Of a stretch of DNA of 48,507 nt, positions 40,117-46,908 are shown piece by piece. The stretch lies in IMG/VR virus record IMGVR_UViG_3300034073_003137, positions 1-48,507 of that record. One strand, written 5' to 3'. Positions within the stretch are counted from its first letter, which is position 1. Each line of letters begins with the position of its first letter. The translations under genes were made by a program, and so were the position numbers. A model generated the notes under the pieces. The model worked only from the letters and a program-made list of their open reading frames with translations. It searched no databases and was not told the DNA's origin. The DNA comes from a virus. Lineage: Duplodnaviria > Caudoviricetes.

Positions 40117-40899
40117 TCAAATAACTCTGATCTTTTCGTGACCAACACGAATTCGTGGATCACACCAAATTTCAAATCCAGCATCTTTTGCATCGAGACA
40201 GAATGATACGTCTTCTCCGCACATATCCTGGACATTCCCAGATTCAAAAACCTGCATCTTTGGAGCAAACCAAGGATACTCAAGATTTTCAAATACTCCT
40301 TTCTTAATCAGAACCCAACCAAATCCAGTATAATCAACTGTAAATGGTTTTCTACGTTTTGAAATTGATTCAACGGTTTCGTGATTCATCACTCCACCAT
40401 TCTTTCGGAAGTCATCTTCTTCCAACCAGTGAGCAACAGATGTGGTATGACCATCTTCTGTTGCATACCAACCAGCAACAATTTCCTTTTCTACGGTAGT
40501 TCCTTCTTCGTCTTCTGTCAATGCCAGATCACAGAGTTGCCAGAACTTTTCTGTATTAAAAACAATGTCACTATCAATCCAGAGTTGATAGTCATAATTG
40601 AGTTTTCCATCCCAAGGAATCTGATTGGGTCCTCTGAGAACATTTGCTCCTAGACACTTACAACGAGCAAAGTTTACCATTGATGAATAATCTTGTGAGA
40701 TCTGAATGCTCATTCCATTCTGAACCATATCAAAACAGAGTTGAACAAAACTTTTCAGAAATGTAAATGAACACCCTCTGCCGGGAAGACAGAAGACAAT
40801 TGATTTACCTTTCATTCTTTCTTTAATCGCATCATAATCCCACTGTGCTTCCTTTGCAACCGTGGGAGTTTTTGCCTTTACAGTGAATCCTTTTGCCAT
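40117..40899 (-). CDS. GT-A fold (family 2-like) glycosyltransferase
   Basis: DxD motif WIDSDIVF; TGFGWVLIK; GEDVSFC; C-terminal DPRIRVGH. Confidence 0.8.
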   Translation of the reverse strand: MAKGFTVKAKTPTVAKEAQWDYDAIKERMKGKSIVFCLPGRGCSFTFLKSFVQLCFDMVQNGMSIQISQDYSSMVNFARCKCLGANVLRGPNQIPWDGKLNYDYQLWIDSDIVFNTEKFWQLCDLALTEDEEGTTVEKEIVAGWYATEDGHTTSVAHWLEEDDFRKNGGVMNHETVESISKRRKPFTVDYTGFGWVLIKKGVFENLEYPWFAPKMQVFESGNVQDMCGEDVSFCLDAKDAGFEIWCDPRIRVGHEKIRVI

Positions 40900-40922
40900 A
40901 AGAGTTAATAACTTTCAATACA

Positions 40923-40951
40923 ATTTTAATCGTTTATTTAGAACTTGTCAA
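40923..40951 (-). promoter_or_regulatory. sigma70-type promoter TTGACA-17-TAAAAT with an embedded late box CTAAATA
   Basis: TGTCAA 40946-40951, ATTTTA 40923-40928 and TATTTAG 40935-40941 on the plus strand, upstream of the glycosyltransferase. Confidence 0.7.
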
Positions 40952-41143
40952 TTAATGAGAAGAATCACGCACCACCTCGGAATTCAGTGTGAGTTCCTCA
41001 TATGAGAGATCACACACATTATACTCCGTGTTTGCGATGCTCACGAAGTTTTTTAGAGTATTCCAAACCACTGGGAATTCTTCTTCGTGAATTGAATGAT
41101 AAACACATTTATCCTTTGCATATATGTGATATATTTTGTGCAT
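40952..41143 (-). CDS. hypothetical protein (63 aa, MHKIYHIYAK...)
   Basis: ATG at 41143, just after the stop of the upstream small ORF. Confidence 0.65.
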   Translation of the reverse strand: MHKIYHIYAKDKCVYHSIHEEEFPVVWNTLKNFVSIANTEYNVCDLSYEELTLNSEVVRDSSH

Positions 41144-41147
41144 TGGT

Positions 41148-41291
41148 TTATTTTGCCAACGCATTATATATGATGACAATCAGAAACCCAATGGGCACTC
41201 CGATAATACGCAGAGTCTGCTTCGGATATCTGATTAACCACCCAGCAAACACAACCTTCCAAAAATTCCAATAGGGGGTTCTTCTTTTCAT
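41148..41291 (-). CDS. small membrane protein (47 aa); absent from the ORF track
   Basis: MKRRTPYWNFWKVVFAGWLIRYPKQTLRIIGVPIGFLIVIIYNALAK; basic N-terminus and hydrophobic C-terminal helix. Confidence 0.7.
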   Translation of the reverse strand: MKRRTPYWNFWKVVFAGWLIRYPKQTLRIIGVPIGFLIVIIYNALAK

Positions 41292-41474
41292 CTCAAAAAT
41301 TTTCTGCGGGATTTTTTTATCTAAAAGGGTATTTGGGGTGAGTTTTTCCTGGGGGATTTTTTTATATGCAGGGGAGGTATAGAACGCTCGTGAGTGTAGA
41401 TCCTTGTAGGTTAGAAAGTCTTAAAAACCTTAAAGGGGGCGTTACGCAAAATATAAGGAATAAGAAACAATCAT

Positions 41475-41800
41475 AATAACTGCTAACACGAATAAAGAAT
41501 AAGTGTTATTCGTGTGTTATTCGTTATATTTTGTGCCCTTCTTTATACTGTCTGCTCATACTTTCCAGTATATAATTATATTCAGAACAGTTGTTTACAT
41601 AAGAAACGAACAATTCATTGTGTATTAGAATAAAACAACGAATTGTTTATACTATCTCACGAGTTGTTTATTCTTTATAAGAACTCACGTAGAGATAATG
41701 ATTGTGAGTTCTCAGTTGTGAAACAACTGTTCTGAGTATAAAGATATACGAACATCTGAATGTTTTCAGTATAAGTTACCAACGAACATTCAGATCTTCG
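41475..41800. repeat. cluster of inverted repeats, potentially a structured RNA or DNA element
   Basis: 41486-95/41506-15 (10 bp); 41577-96/41721-40 (19 of 20 bp) enclosing inner stems; 41749-64/41785-800 (15 of 16 bp). Confidence 0.7.
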
Positions 41801-41943
41801 ACATAAGACTTCACCTTCTCATTGGGTTCTAGTTTGAATAACTTTTTCCAATCAATCTGATGTGGATTGAAATCTTCTAATGCCTCAATCTCTAATGTGA
41901 TACGATACCTATTCTTTTGTGCAGCAAGATAAGAACTAGACAT
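41776..41943 (-). CDS. hypothetical protein (55 aa); absent from the ORF track
   Basis: MSSSYLAAQKNRYRITLEIEALEDFNPHQIDWKKLFKLEPNEKVKSYVEDLNVRW; candidate promoter at 41983-42012. Confidence 0.7.
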   Translation of the reverse strand: MSSSYLAAQKNRYRITLEIEALEDFNPHQIDWKKLFKLEPNEKVKSYVEDLNVRW

Positions 41944-41982
41944 AAGACGTAAGAAGCAGGGTGAACGAATGACTGAACGATA

Positions 41983-42012
41983 AGTCTACCAGATATAACT
42001 GTCTACTGTCAA
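41983..42012 (-). promoter_or_regulatory. sigma70-type promoter TTGACA-18-TAGACT with extended -10 TG
   Basis: TGTCAA 42007-42012 and AGTCTA 41983-41988 on the plus strand. Confidence 0.55.
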
Positions 42013-42016
42013 CCGT

Positions 42017-42399
42017 ATTACACGAATAAGATAAGAACACGAATGAGACTGTGTGTGAGTCCTTATACATTGTTCTTATCCTTGCCCTTATAAACGAATC
42101 AAAATCATACACGAATGATCTTATGCTTTATAAGAACAAATGTGATTGATTTTGAATTCCTATACGAACAGACTCTAAACACGAATAAGTCTCAAAGGAA
42201 AAGAAAAGTCATAAGCATATTTATTCAGTTGTATACGATTTTCTTATATACACGAATGAATGTGTGAGTATAAGAACATTGTATTGTTGTGAAATGAGAT
42301 CTTATACGATAAGACTCTAATCACGAATCAGGATTGTGTCATTATAGAATATCTGTCATTCGATGTCAAGTCTTATACGATTGCCTTCTAATCACGAAT
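42017..42399. repeat. six-unit periodic array (70-72 bp period) of the bipartite motif TA-YACGA-N12-CACGAAT
   Basis: CACGAAT starts at 42038, 42110, 42180, 42251, 42322 and 42393; each has an NACGA half-site exactly 17 bp upstream (42021, 42093, 42163, 42234, 42305, 42376). Confidence 0.9.
42341..42369 (-). promoter_or_regulatory. consensus sigma70 promoter TTGACA-17-TATAAT inside the array, firing leftwards
   Basis: ATTATA 42341-42346 and TGTCAA 42364-42369 on the plus strand. Confidence 0.8.
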
Positions 42400-42496
42400 T
42401 GATTCTAATTCTTATAATGCTTCTCAGAGGCATCTGTATGCCCCAGGAAGGGGGTTCAAATAAGGTCTTAGTATGTTTCCCTTCTTATACTCTATT

Positions 42497-42527
42497 ATTA
42501 CCCCTTCGGGGTAATTTCCTTCGGAAA
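42497..42527. other. two adjacent perfect hairpins with 3-nt loops (GAA on the minus strand)
   Basis: ATTACCCC-TTC-GGGGTAAT (42497-42515) and TTTCC-TTC-GGAAA (42515-42527). Confidence 0.75.
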
Positions 42528-42581
42528 CGTTTCTGATTGTTTATAAGATCTTATACCCTTATCTTCATCGGTAACAAACCT

Positions 42582-42611
42582 ATTCTAATTGTATTCTTAT
42601 AGGTCTGTCAA
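42582..42611 (-). promoter_or_regulatory. sigma70-type promoter TTGACA-18-TAGAAT, firing leftwards
   Basis: TGTCAA 42606-42611 and ATTCTA 42582-42587 on the plus strand. Confidence 0.6.
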
Positions 42612-42614
42612 GTG

Positions 42615-42643
42615 TTGACTTATAAGAACTAATGTCTTATAAT
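42615..42643 (+). promoter_or_regulatory. sigma70-type promoter TTGACT-17-TATAAT, firing rightwards
   Basis: TTGACT 42615-42620 and TATAAT 42638-42643. Confidence 0.7.
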
Positions 42644-42778
42644 AACGAAATCAGGATAGAACATAGAATTATAAAGATATATTCAGAAGTCTTATATGCA
42701 CTTATAAGGTCTAATCACGAAGTCTTATAGTATTTGGATTTCTTATGTCAGGGGGTACAGATTCTTATGTGTCCCCTC

Positions 42779-42807
42779 TTGACAAAAAAAGGTCTGCGTG
42801 TTATAAT
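42779..42807 (+). promoter_or_regulatory. consensus sigma70 promoter TTGACA-17-TATAAT with extended -10 TG
   Basis: TTGACA 42779-42784, TG 42799-42800 and TATAAT 42802-42807. Confidence 0.85.
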
Positions 42808-42939
42808 AAAACGTCCAAGATCACATAAGAACTGGGACATAAAAGGCATAAGTGAGCATAAAGAATACAAAGAATAATAAGTGTTAAGAATTATAAGAAA
42901 TATCAGCAAAACAAAACATTAATTTAATAATAACTTAAT

Positions 42940-42946
42940 CTAAATA
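42940..42946 (+). promoter_or_regulatory. late promoter box CTAAATA upstream of the endonuclease
   Basis: CTAAATA about 28 nt before the ATG at 42974, similar to the spacing upstream of structural genes. Confidence 0.5.
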
Positions 42947-42973
42947 CAAACAACGGAAATATATTTTATTGCA

Positions 42974-44002
42974 ATGGCGTACATCTACTCAATAACAAAC
43001 TTAGTCAATAATAAGATTTACATCGGTCTTACTACTAAATCAAATCCTTATGATAGATGGAAGCAACATTTATACCTAGCAAAGAATAAGGATAATTTAT
43101 CTGAATCAAATTCTGCTTATACAATGCCAATCATAAGAGCAATTAGTAAGTATGGTGCAGATAAGTTTAAGTTTAGAGTTGTAGAGGAATGTGATGATAA
43201 TATTGTAAATAAAAGAGAAAAGTATTGGATTGAGAAATTTGATACTTGTAGCAATAAAGGATATAATGCTACATTAGGTGGTGAAGGTGTAAATAAACCT
43301 CGTAAGTATTGGAGTAACCATCCAAATAGTAAACCAATTAGTTGTTTTACATTAGAAGGTGAATGGGTAAAAGATTATGATACTGCTGGTGTTGCTGCTG
43401 ATTGTTTAGGTAACAAAAAGGGGAAAACATCTATTAGTGCTTGTATAAAAGGAATTACATTTCAAGCACTTGGGTATAGATGGGCATATAAAGGTGAAAC
43501 TCCTAAACTAATTGAAAAAAGAGTTAATCGTCGTGGTGAGATATATGGCATACATTTAAAAAGTGATCGTAAGAAAATGTGGAAATGTGCTGCTGATTTT
43601 GCAGAAGAAATTATTGGTAATCGTAGATCAAATAATGGTATTGTTCAGTCATTGAATAGTCCAAACAATAATAAACTACAAGTTTATGATTGGTATTTGT
43701 TTAGAAATAAAAATGATGCTTTGAGTGATTGGACTCCTGCAAAAAGAGCAAATTATAGTTCTGACTACTTTTCAAAGTTAGGTAAATTGAGTGCAAAAAA
43801 GAAGAGTGTTGCTGTAAAAGGAGTAAATGTAAATACTGGTGAAGTAGTTGAATTTAACAGTATTTGTGAAGCATCATACTTTATAAAGGGTGAAGGAGAT
43901 AGAAGTGCTGTTCCTAACATTCATAAGAACATTAAAAGATTAGAGAATGGTCAGAGATGGTGTTATGCTTTTGGGTATCGTTGGTATAAAAATTATTCAT
44001 AA
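42974..44002 (+). CDS. free-standing GIY-YIG (Seg-like) homing endonuclease with NUMOD1-like C-terminal repeats
   Basis: YIYSITNLVNNKIYIG, RWKQH, REKYWIEKF and GYNATLGGEG motifs; repeated modules ending GYRWAY and GYRWY. Confidence 0.92.
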   Translation: MAYIYSITNLVNNKIYIGLTTKSNPYDRWKQHLYLAKNKDNLSESNSAYTMPIIRAISKYGADKFKFRVVEECDDNIVNKREKYWIEKFDTCSNKGYNATLGGEGVNKPRKYWSNHPNSKPISCFTLEGEWVKDYDTAGVAADCLGNKKGKTSISACIKGITFQALGYRWAYKGETPKLIEKRVNRRGEIYGIHLKSDRKKMWKCAADFAEEIIGNRRSNNGIVQSLNSPNNNKLQVYDWYLFRNKNDALSDWTPAKRANYSSDYFSKLGKLSAKKKSVAVKGVNVNTGEVVEFNSICEASYFIKGEGDRSAVPNIHKNIKRLENGQRWCYAFGYRWYKNYS

Positions 44003-44202
44003 TCCATTTCATAATAGGCAGAAATCACAATATCATCATTTTGATGAACTAACTTAGACATTCGGGAATGAATGTTTGAGACATTATAGTTAGTGAATTG
44101 TGCTTCATCGAGAATGGAATACAGTTGCTTTCTTTCTCGTTGTGTTTTTGGTTTGCGTAGAGCACAGGAATTGTAATGTGCGTTGCGATGAGTGCGAGAC
44201 AT
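43993..44202 (-). CDS. hypothetical protein (69 aa)
   Basis: MSRTHR...LRKPKTQRER; last gene of the small-ORF cluster; GGAG upstream. Confidence 0.65.
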   Translation of the reverse strand: MSRTHRNAHYNSCALRKPKTQRERKQLYSILDEAQFTNYNVSNIHSRMSKLVHQNDDIVISAYYEMDYE

Positions 44203-44203
44203 T

Positions 44204-44329
44204 CTATTTCTTCTCCGTAGTGAGAACAGTTACAATAGTTGAATCAGGAGTCAGATAATCAATTTGAACAACAGTTGGGGAGATTTGTTGTTTGCCGACA
44301 ATCGTAGAAATCAGAAGAAGTTCAAGCAT
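44204..44329 (-). CDS. small hypothetical protein (41 aa); absent from the ORF track
   Basis: MLELLLISTIVGKQQISPTVVQIDYLTPDSTIVTVLTTEKK; tiles the gap between neighbours. Confidence 0.55.
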   Translation of the reverse strand: MLELLLISTIVGKQQISPTVVQIDYLTPDSTIVTVLTTEKK

Positions 44330-44450
44330 TTTTTTGAATCAGTCGAATGGACTCAGTAATCGAAGTAGTCAGATAAAGTGGTTGATACGATGCATTGGTG
44401 ATCGCATAAACAACCTGTTTTGTTTCTACATCGTATGTATAAACAATCAT
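44322..44450 (-). CDS. small hypothetical protein (42 aa); absent from the ORF track
   Basis: MIVYTYDVETKQVVYAITNASYQPLYLTTSITESIRLIQKNA; ATGA overlap with the upstream ORF. Confidence 0.55.
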   Translation of the reverse strand: MIVYTYDVETKQVVYAITNASYQPLYLTTSITESIRLIQKNA

Positions 44451-44641
44451 TTGATTTTTGATTTCAGAAGAGAAAGAACACATTCACGATCAATACTATC
44501 ACCTAGAAACTTTTCATTCTTAATTCTCAGAATTTGTAGATGAGTTGATGTTGCCTTTTTGATTTGTTTGAGTGTGTATCCATTTCCGTAAATCCCATCG
44601 GGACCATAGAAGGATAGCACATAATCGTAGAAGTCAGTCAT
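44447..44641 (-). CDS. hypothetical protein (64 aa, MTDFYDYVLSFYGPDGIY...)
   Basis: ATG at 44641; YVLSFYG..GIY and F.GDSIDRE motifs. Confidence 0.7.
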   Translation of the reverse strand: MTDFYDYVLSFYGPDGIYGNGYTLKQIKKATSTHLQILRIKNEKFLGDSIDRECVLSLLKSKIK

Positions 44642-44651
44642 TGAGACATAA

Positions 44652-44885
44652 TCAGGAAAGAATGTGACGGTAAGAAAGAGAGTCAATCATCCAACCGCAT
44701 TGTGCGGTGAGTTCTTCGACTAATTCATTGCCAATGTCCTCATCATCAGCATCATCGGGAACTTCAATCTCAACAATGTAACCTACATACTCCTCTTGAA
44801 GATGCTCTTGAAGATTTGGTTGTTGAAGTAGATCATCAGAATCGAGATCGAAAGAAATGTCGGTGACTTGAAGTTGGAGAATCAT
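44652..44885 (-). CDS. acidic hypothetical protein (77 aa)
   Basis: Collinear ORF; VTDISFD...ELVEELTAQCGWMIDSLSY. Confidence 0.7.
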   Translation of the reverse strand: MILQLQVTDISFDLDSDDLLQQPNLQEHLQEEYVGYIVEIEVPDDADDEDIGNELVEELTAQCGWMIDSLSYRHILS

Positions 44886-44886
44886 T

Positions 44887-45087
44887 TCAGAAACTTTCGG
44901 TTGCTTGTTGTTGCATCATCACATCTGTTTCCATCAGATTGAGATTGTCTTCATTCCAGGCATCAGCAATGAAATCACCTTCCTCATCATAAAGTTCACT
45001 CAACCAATAATCATAGAGTGAAGCATTGAGATCAGCAAGATTCGCAAATGCGTTGCTGATTGCGTCGTTGATTTGCATTTGAGTCAT
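44887..45087 (-). CDS. acidic hypothetical protein (66 aa, MTQMQIND...)
   Basis: ATG at 45087 after a pyrimidine-rich leader. Confidence 0.65.
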   Translation of the reverse strand: MTQMQINDAISNAFANLADLNASLYDYWLSELYDEEGDFIADAWNEDNLNLMETDVMMQQQATESF

Positions 45088-45115
45088 TGATGAAGAATTG
45101 AAGAATGAAAATGAA

Positions 45116-45286
45116 CTAGACAAGAGCAAGAGCAGAAGAATCTTGACGAGGATTCTTGATTTGCTTACACCAGGCAGATTTGCGATTCTTCACTTGCGAA
45201 GGAAGTTTGCTGTAACCTTGAACTTCATTCACAAGAGCAATGAGATTGAGAAAGAATTGCTTTTCCATTCTCTGTGCGGTGGTCAT
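45116..45286 (-). CDS. hypothetical protein (56 aa, MTTAQRMEKQFF...)
   Basis: ATG at 45286 with GAGG SD, downstream of a palindrome promoter. Confidence 0.7.
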   Translation of the reverse strand: MTTAQRMEKQFFLNLIALVNEVQGYSKLPSQVKNRKSAWCKQIKNPRQDSSALALV

Positions 45287-45309
45287 TGCCTTTCCTCGAT
45301 TGCTACGCA

Positions 45310-45370
45310 ATCCTAGCACGGGACGGGGGGGTTCGGGGGGTGTAGTGTGCCAGTTTGACAAGTGGCACAC
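45310..45370 (-). promoter_or_regulatory. early-type promoter with upstream palindrome GTGTGCCA-N10-TGGCACAC and -10 TAGGAT
   Basis: Palindrome 45345-45370; TGc-TAGGAT at 45310-45318. Confidence 0.65.
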
Positions 45371-45383
45371 CGGGGTCTGAGAC

Positions 45384-45536
45384 TCACCCTGAGACTGGTA
45401 GCATCAGGGAATAAGCAAATGTATTCTCACAAAGATTTGACAGTTCATCATCAGTCAGTTGTGAGAGTTGAGACACAATCTCAGCAAAAGTGAGAGTGGG
45501 TTCTTTCAGTTCAGGATACTGAATTTGATTCATCAT
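45384..45536 (-). CDS. small hypothetical protein (50 aa); absent from the ORF track
   Basis: MMNQIQYPELKEPTLTFAEIVSQLSQLTDDELSNLCENTFAYSLMLPVSG. Confidence 0.5.
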   Translation of the reverse strand: MMNQIQYPELKEPTLTFAEIVSQLSQLTDDELSNLCENTFAYSLMLPVSG

Positions 45537-45678
45537 CTTTGGGAAGAAAATCGTTGAGTTTTTGAATCAGTGGTTCGGTGAGTTCATAACTCTTGAACCA
45601 GGATTGATCTTCAAGAACATACAATCCGTGAAGAATTGTATTGAGTTCTTGTTCTGTGAATTGAATTGTAATGTCCAT
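45511..45678 (-). CDS. small hypothetical protein (55 aa); absent from the ORF track
   Basis: MDITIQFTEQELNTILHGLYVLEDQSWFKSYELTEPLIQKLNDFLPKDDESNSVS. Confidence 0.55.
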   Translation of the reverse strand: MDITIQFTEQELNTILHGLYVLEDQSWFKSYELTEPLIQKLNDFLPKDDESNSVS

Positions 45679-45718
45679 TGTTTTACATTTGTGAGACTAC
45701 CCACATCATAGCATAAAC

Positions 45719-46303
45719 TCAACCGAACCGTTTGGCACAAATAGGACCAATTCCCATTTGCACCGAAAGAGGATCACTCAAAGTGCGACCGCAAATCGAA
45801 CAGTTGCCAGTCTCGTGACCGTAAATCTTCGCAAGTTGCAGAAGATTATCATTGGCATCTTCCAGAAGATTCTTTACATCTTCGGAAACATTACCTTTGA
45901 GAACTCCACTGTGAGTGATTTTACCCACATAAACTTTGTTCTCATAGATGTAGACACAACCAACGTTTGGTCCTCGATTCACAGTGGAAAGAGTAATACC
46001 AGGAAGTCGAACTTGCAACTTACCGCAAGCACCACTGGCAGAATACATCTTTGTCACCAGATCATAGTATTCTCCACGACCAGACTCTTGATTCTGGTCA
46101 GTTTCTTTCACATTCTCGGTTGCGAGATAGTGCATCCAAGCAATTTGCTTATCAGTCAGTTTCTTACGAGAAACCAGACTCATTGCGAAAGAATTATTCG
46201 ACAGAGATTCCAGAAGGTATTGCTTGGCATCATTCACATCAGAAAACAGAGAATCGAAAACGATCTCTTGACCCTTCTTTTCAACAATGAAAGTGTTGGT
46301 CAT
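45719..46303 (-). CDS. DUF6011-like zinc-finger protein (194 aa)
   Basis: C-terminal CSICGRTLSDPLSVQMGIGPICAKRF; ATG at 46303. Confidence 0.8.
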   Translation of the reverse strand: MTNTFIVEKKGQEIVFDSLFSDVNDAKQYLLESLSNNSFAMSLVSRKKLTDKQIAWMHYLATENVKETDQNQESGRGEYYDLVTKMYSASGACGKLQVRLPGITLSTVNRGPNVGCVYIYENKVYVGKITHSGVLKGNVSEDVKNLLEDANDNLLQLAKIYGHETGNCSICGRTLSDPLSVQMGIGPICAKRFG

Positions 46304-46354
46304 TGAAATAAAGAATAAAGAACTGGGTGGTCGGGGTGCTCCCTCCACCCTTTA

Positions 46355-46412
46355 ATAATACCACACTTTGGGGTCTGTGCTCATTTTATGTGCCACTAGA
46401 ACAAGTGGCACA
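46355..46412 (-). promoter_or_regulatory. early-type promoter with palindrome TGTGCCACT-N6-AGTGGCACA and extended -10 TGg-TATTAT
   Basis: Palindrome 46389-46412; -10 at 46355-46360. Confidence 0.7.
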
Positions 46413-46425
46413 AGGCATCTGCGAC

Positions 46426-46629
46426 TCACTGCGAGATCGAGTATAGGTATTGCATCAAATCAGGAACCTTGGAATTATCATAAAATGGATCAATGTCAAC
46501 TGGGATCTCAAGATAAGGATAAAACTCGGTAAGATAATTTACCATAAATTGTCCGTATCGTTGAGTTCCACAATGCTTCATAAAAGCATCGTTGACATCT
46601 TTAATGAAGAAATTGTAATCAAAAGTCAT
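46426..46629 (-). CDS. hypothetical protein (67 aa, MTFDYNFF...)
   Basis: RYGQFMVNYL...IDPFYDN; overlaps the upstream stop. Confidence 0.65.
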   Translation of the reverse strand: MTFDYNFFIKDVNDAFMKHCGTQRYGQFMVNYLTEFYPYLEIPVDIDPFYDNSKVPDLMQYLYSISQ

Positions 46630-46879
46630 CGTAGTCACTGGTGTCAATTAAATTCCATTCAAGATCTAAACTGTCAATGAACTTTAGAAGTTCATTCTCA
46701 TCTGAGGGTAGATTTTCATCTTCATCAAGACAAAATTGTGCAGAACATAATCCAGGTCCAAATTCTTTTGGATCAAAATAAGTTCCCTTGAATGTAACAA
46801 TGCTGTCCTCTACAACAGCATTTACATTTACTACACCCTCCTCATCTACAAAGATTTCTTCAATTGAAAGAACAGACAT
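46619..46879 (-). CDS. acidic hypothetical protein (86 aa, MSVLSIEEIF...)
   Basis: ATG at 46879 after a pyrimidine-rich leader; AVVED...DPKEFGPGLC. Confidence 0.7.
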   Translation of the reverse strand: MSVLSIEEIFVDEEGVVNVNAVVEDSIVTFKGTYFDPKEFGPGLCSAQFCLDEDENLPSDENELLKFIDSLDLEWNLIDTSDYDDF

Positions 46880-46908
46880 ACTAGAAAGAAAAGAAAAGTG
46901 TGGGGGAA

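Noticed and set aside
42017-42399. Reading the 71-bp array as a CRISPR array
   Set aside because: The conserved part is two short half-sites with a variable linker, not a near-identical 23-47 bp repeat; the spacers partly resemble each other; no cas genes are in the window
42017-42399. Reading the array as a TIGR-type (36-nt dual-repeat) guide array
   Set aside because: The period is ~71, I saw no clear 36-nt sub-period or box C/D-like motifs, and no Nop-domain protein is recognisable in the window
42497-42527. Interpreting CTTCGG as RNA c(UUCG)g tetraloop terminators
   Set aside because: Perfect pairing of both stems needs a 3-nt loop, and neither is followed by a clear U-tract; kept as triloop hairpins instead
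41292-42973. tRNA, tmRNA or rRNA genes in the non-coding region
   Set aside because: No cloverleaf with a properly placed T-loop and acceptor stem was found by eye; a tRNAscan-SE or Rfam run would settle it
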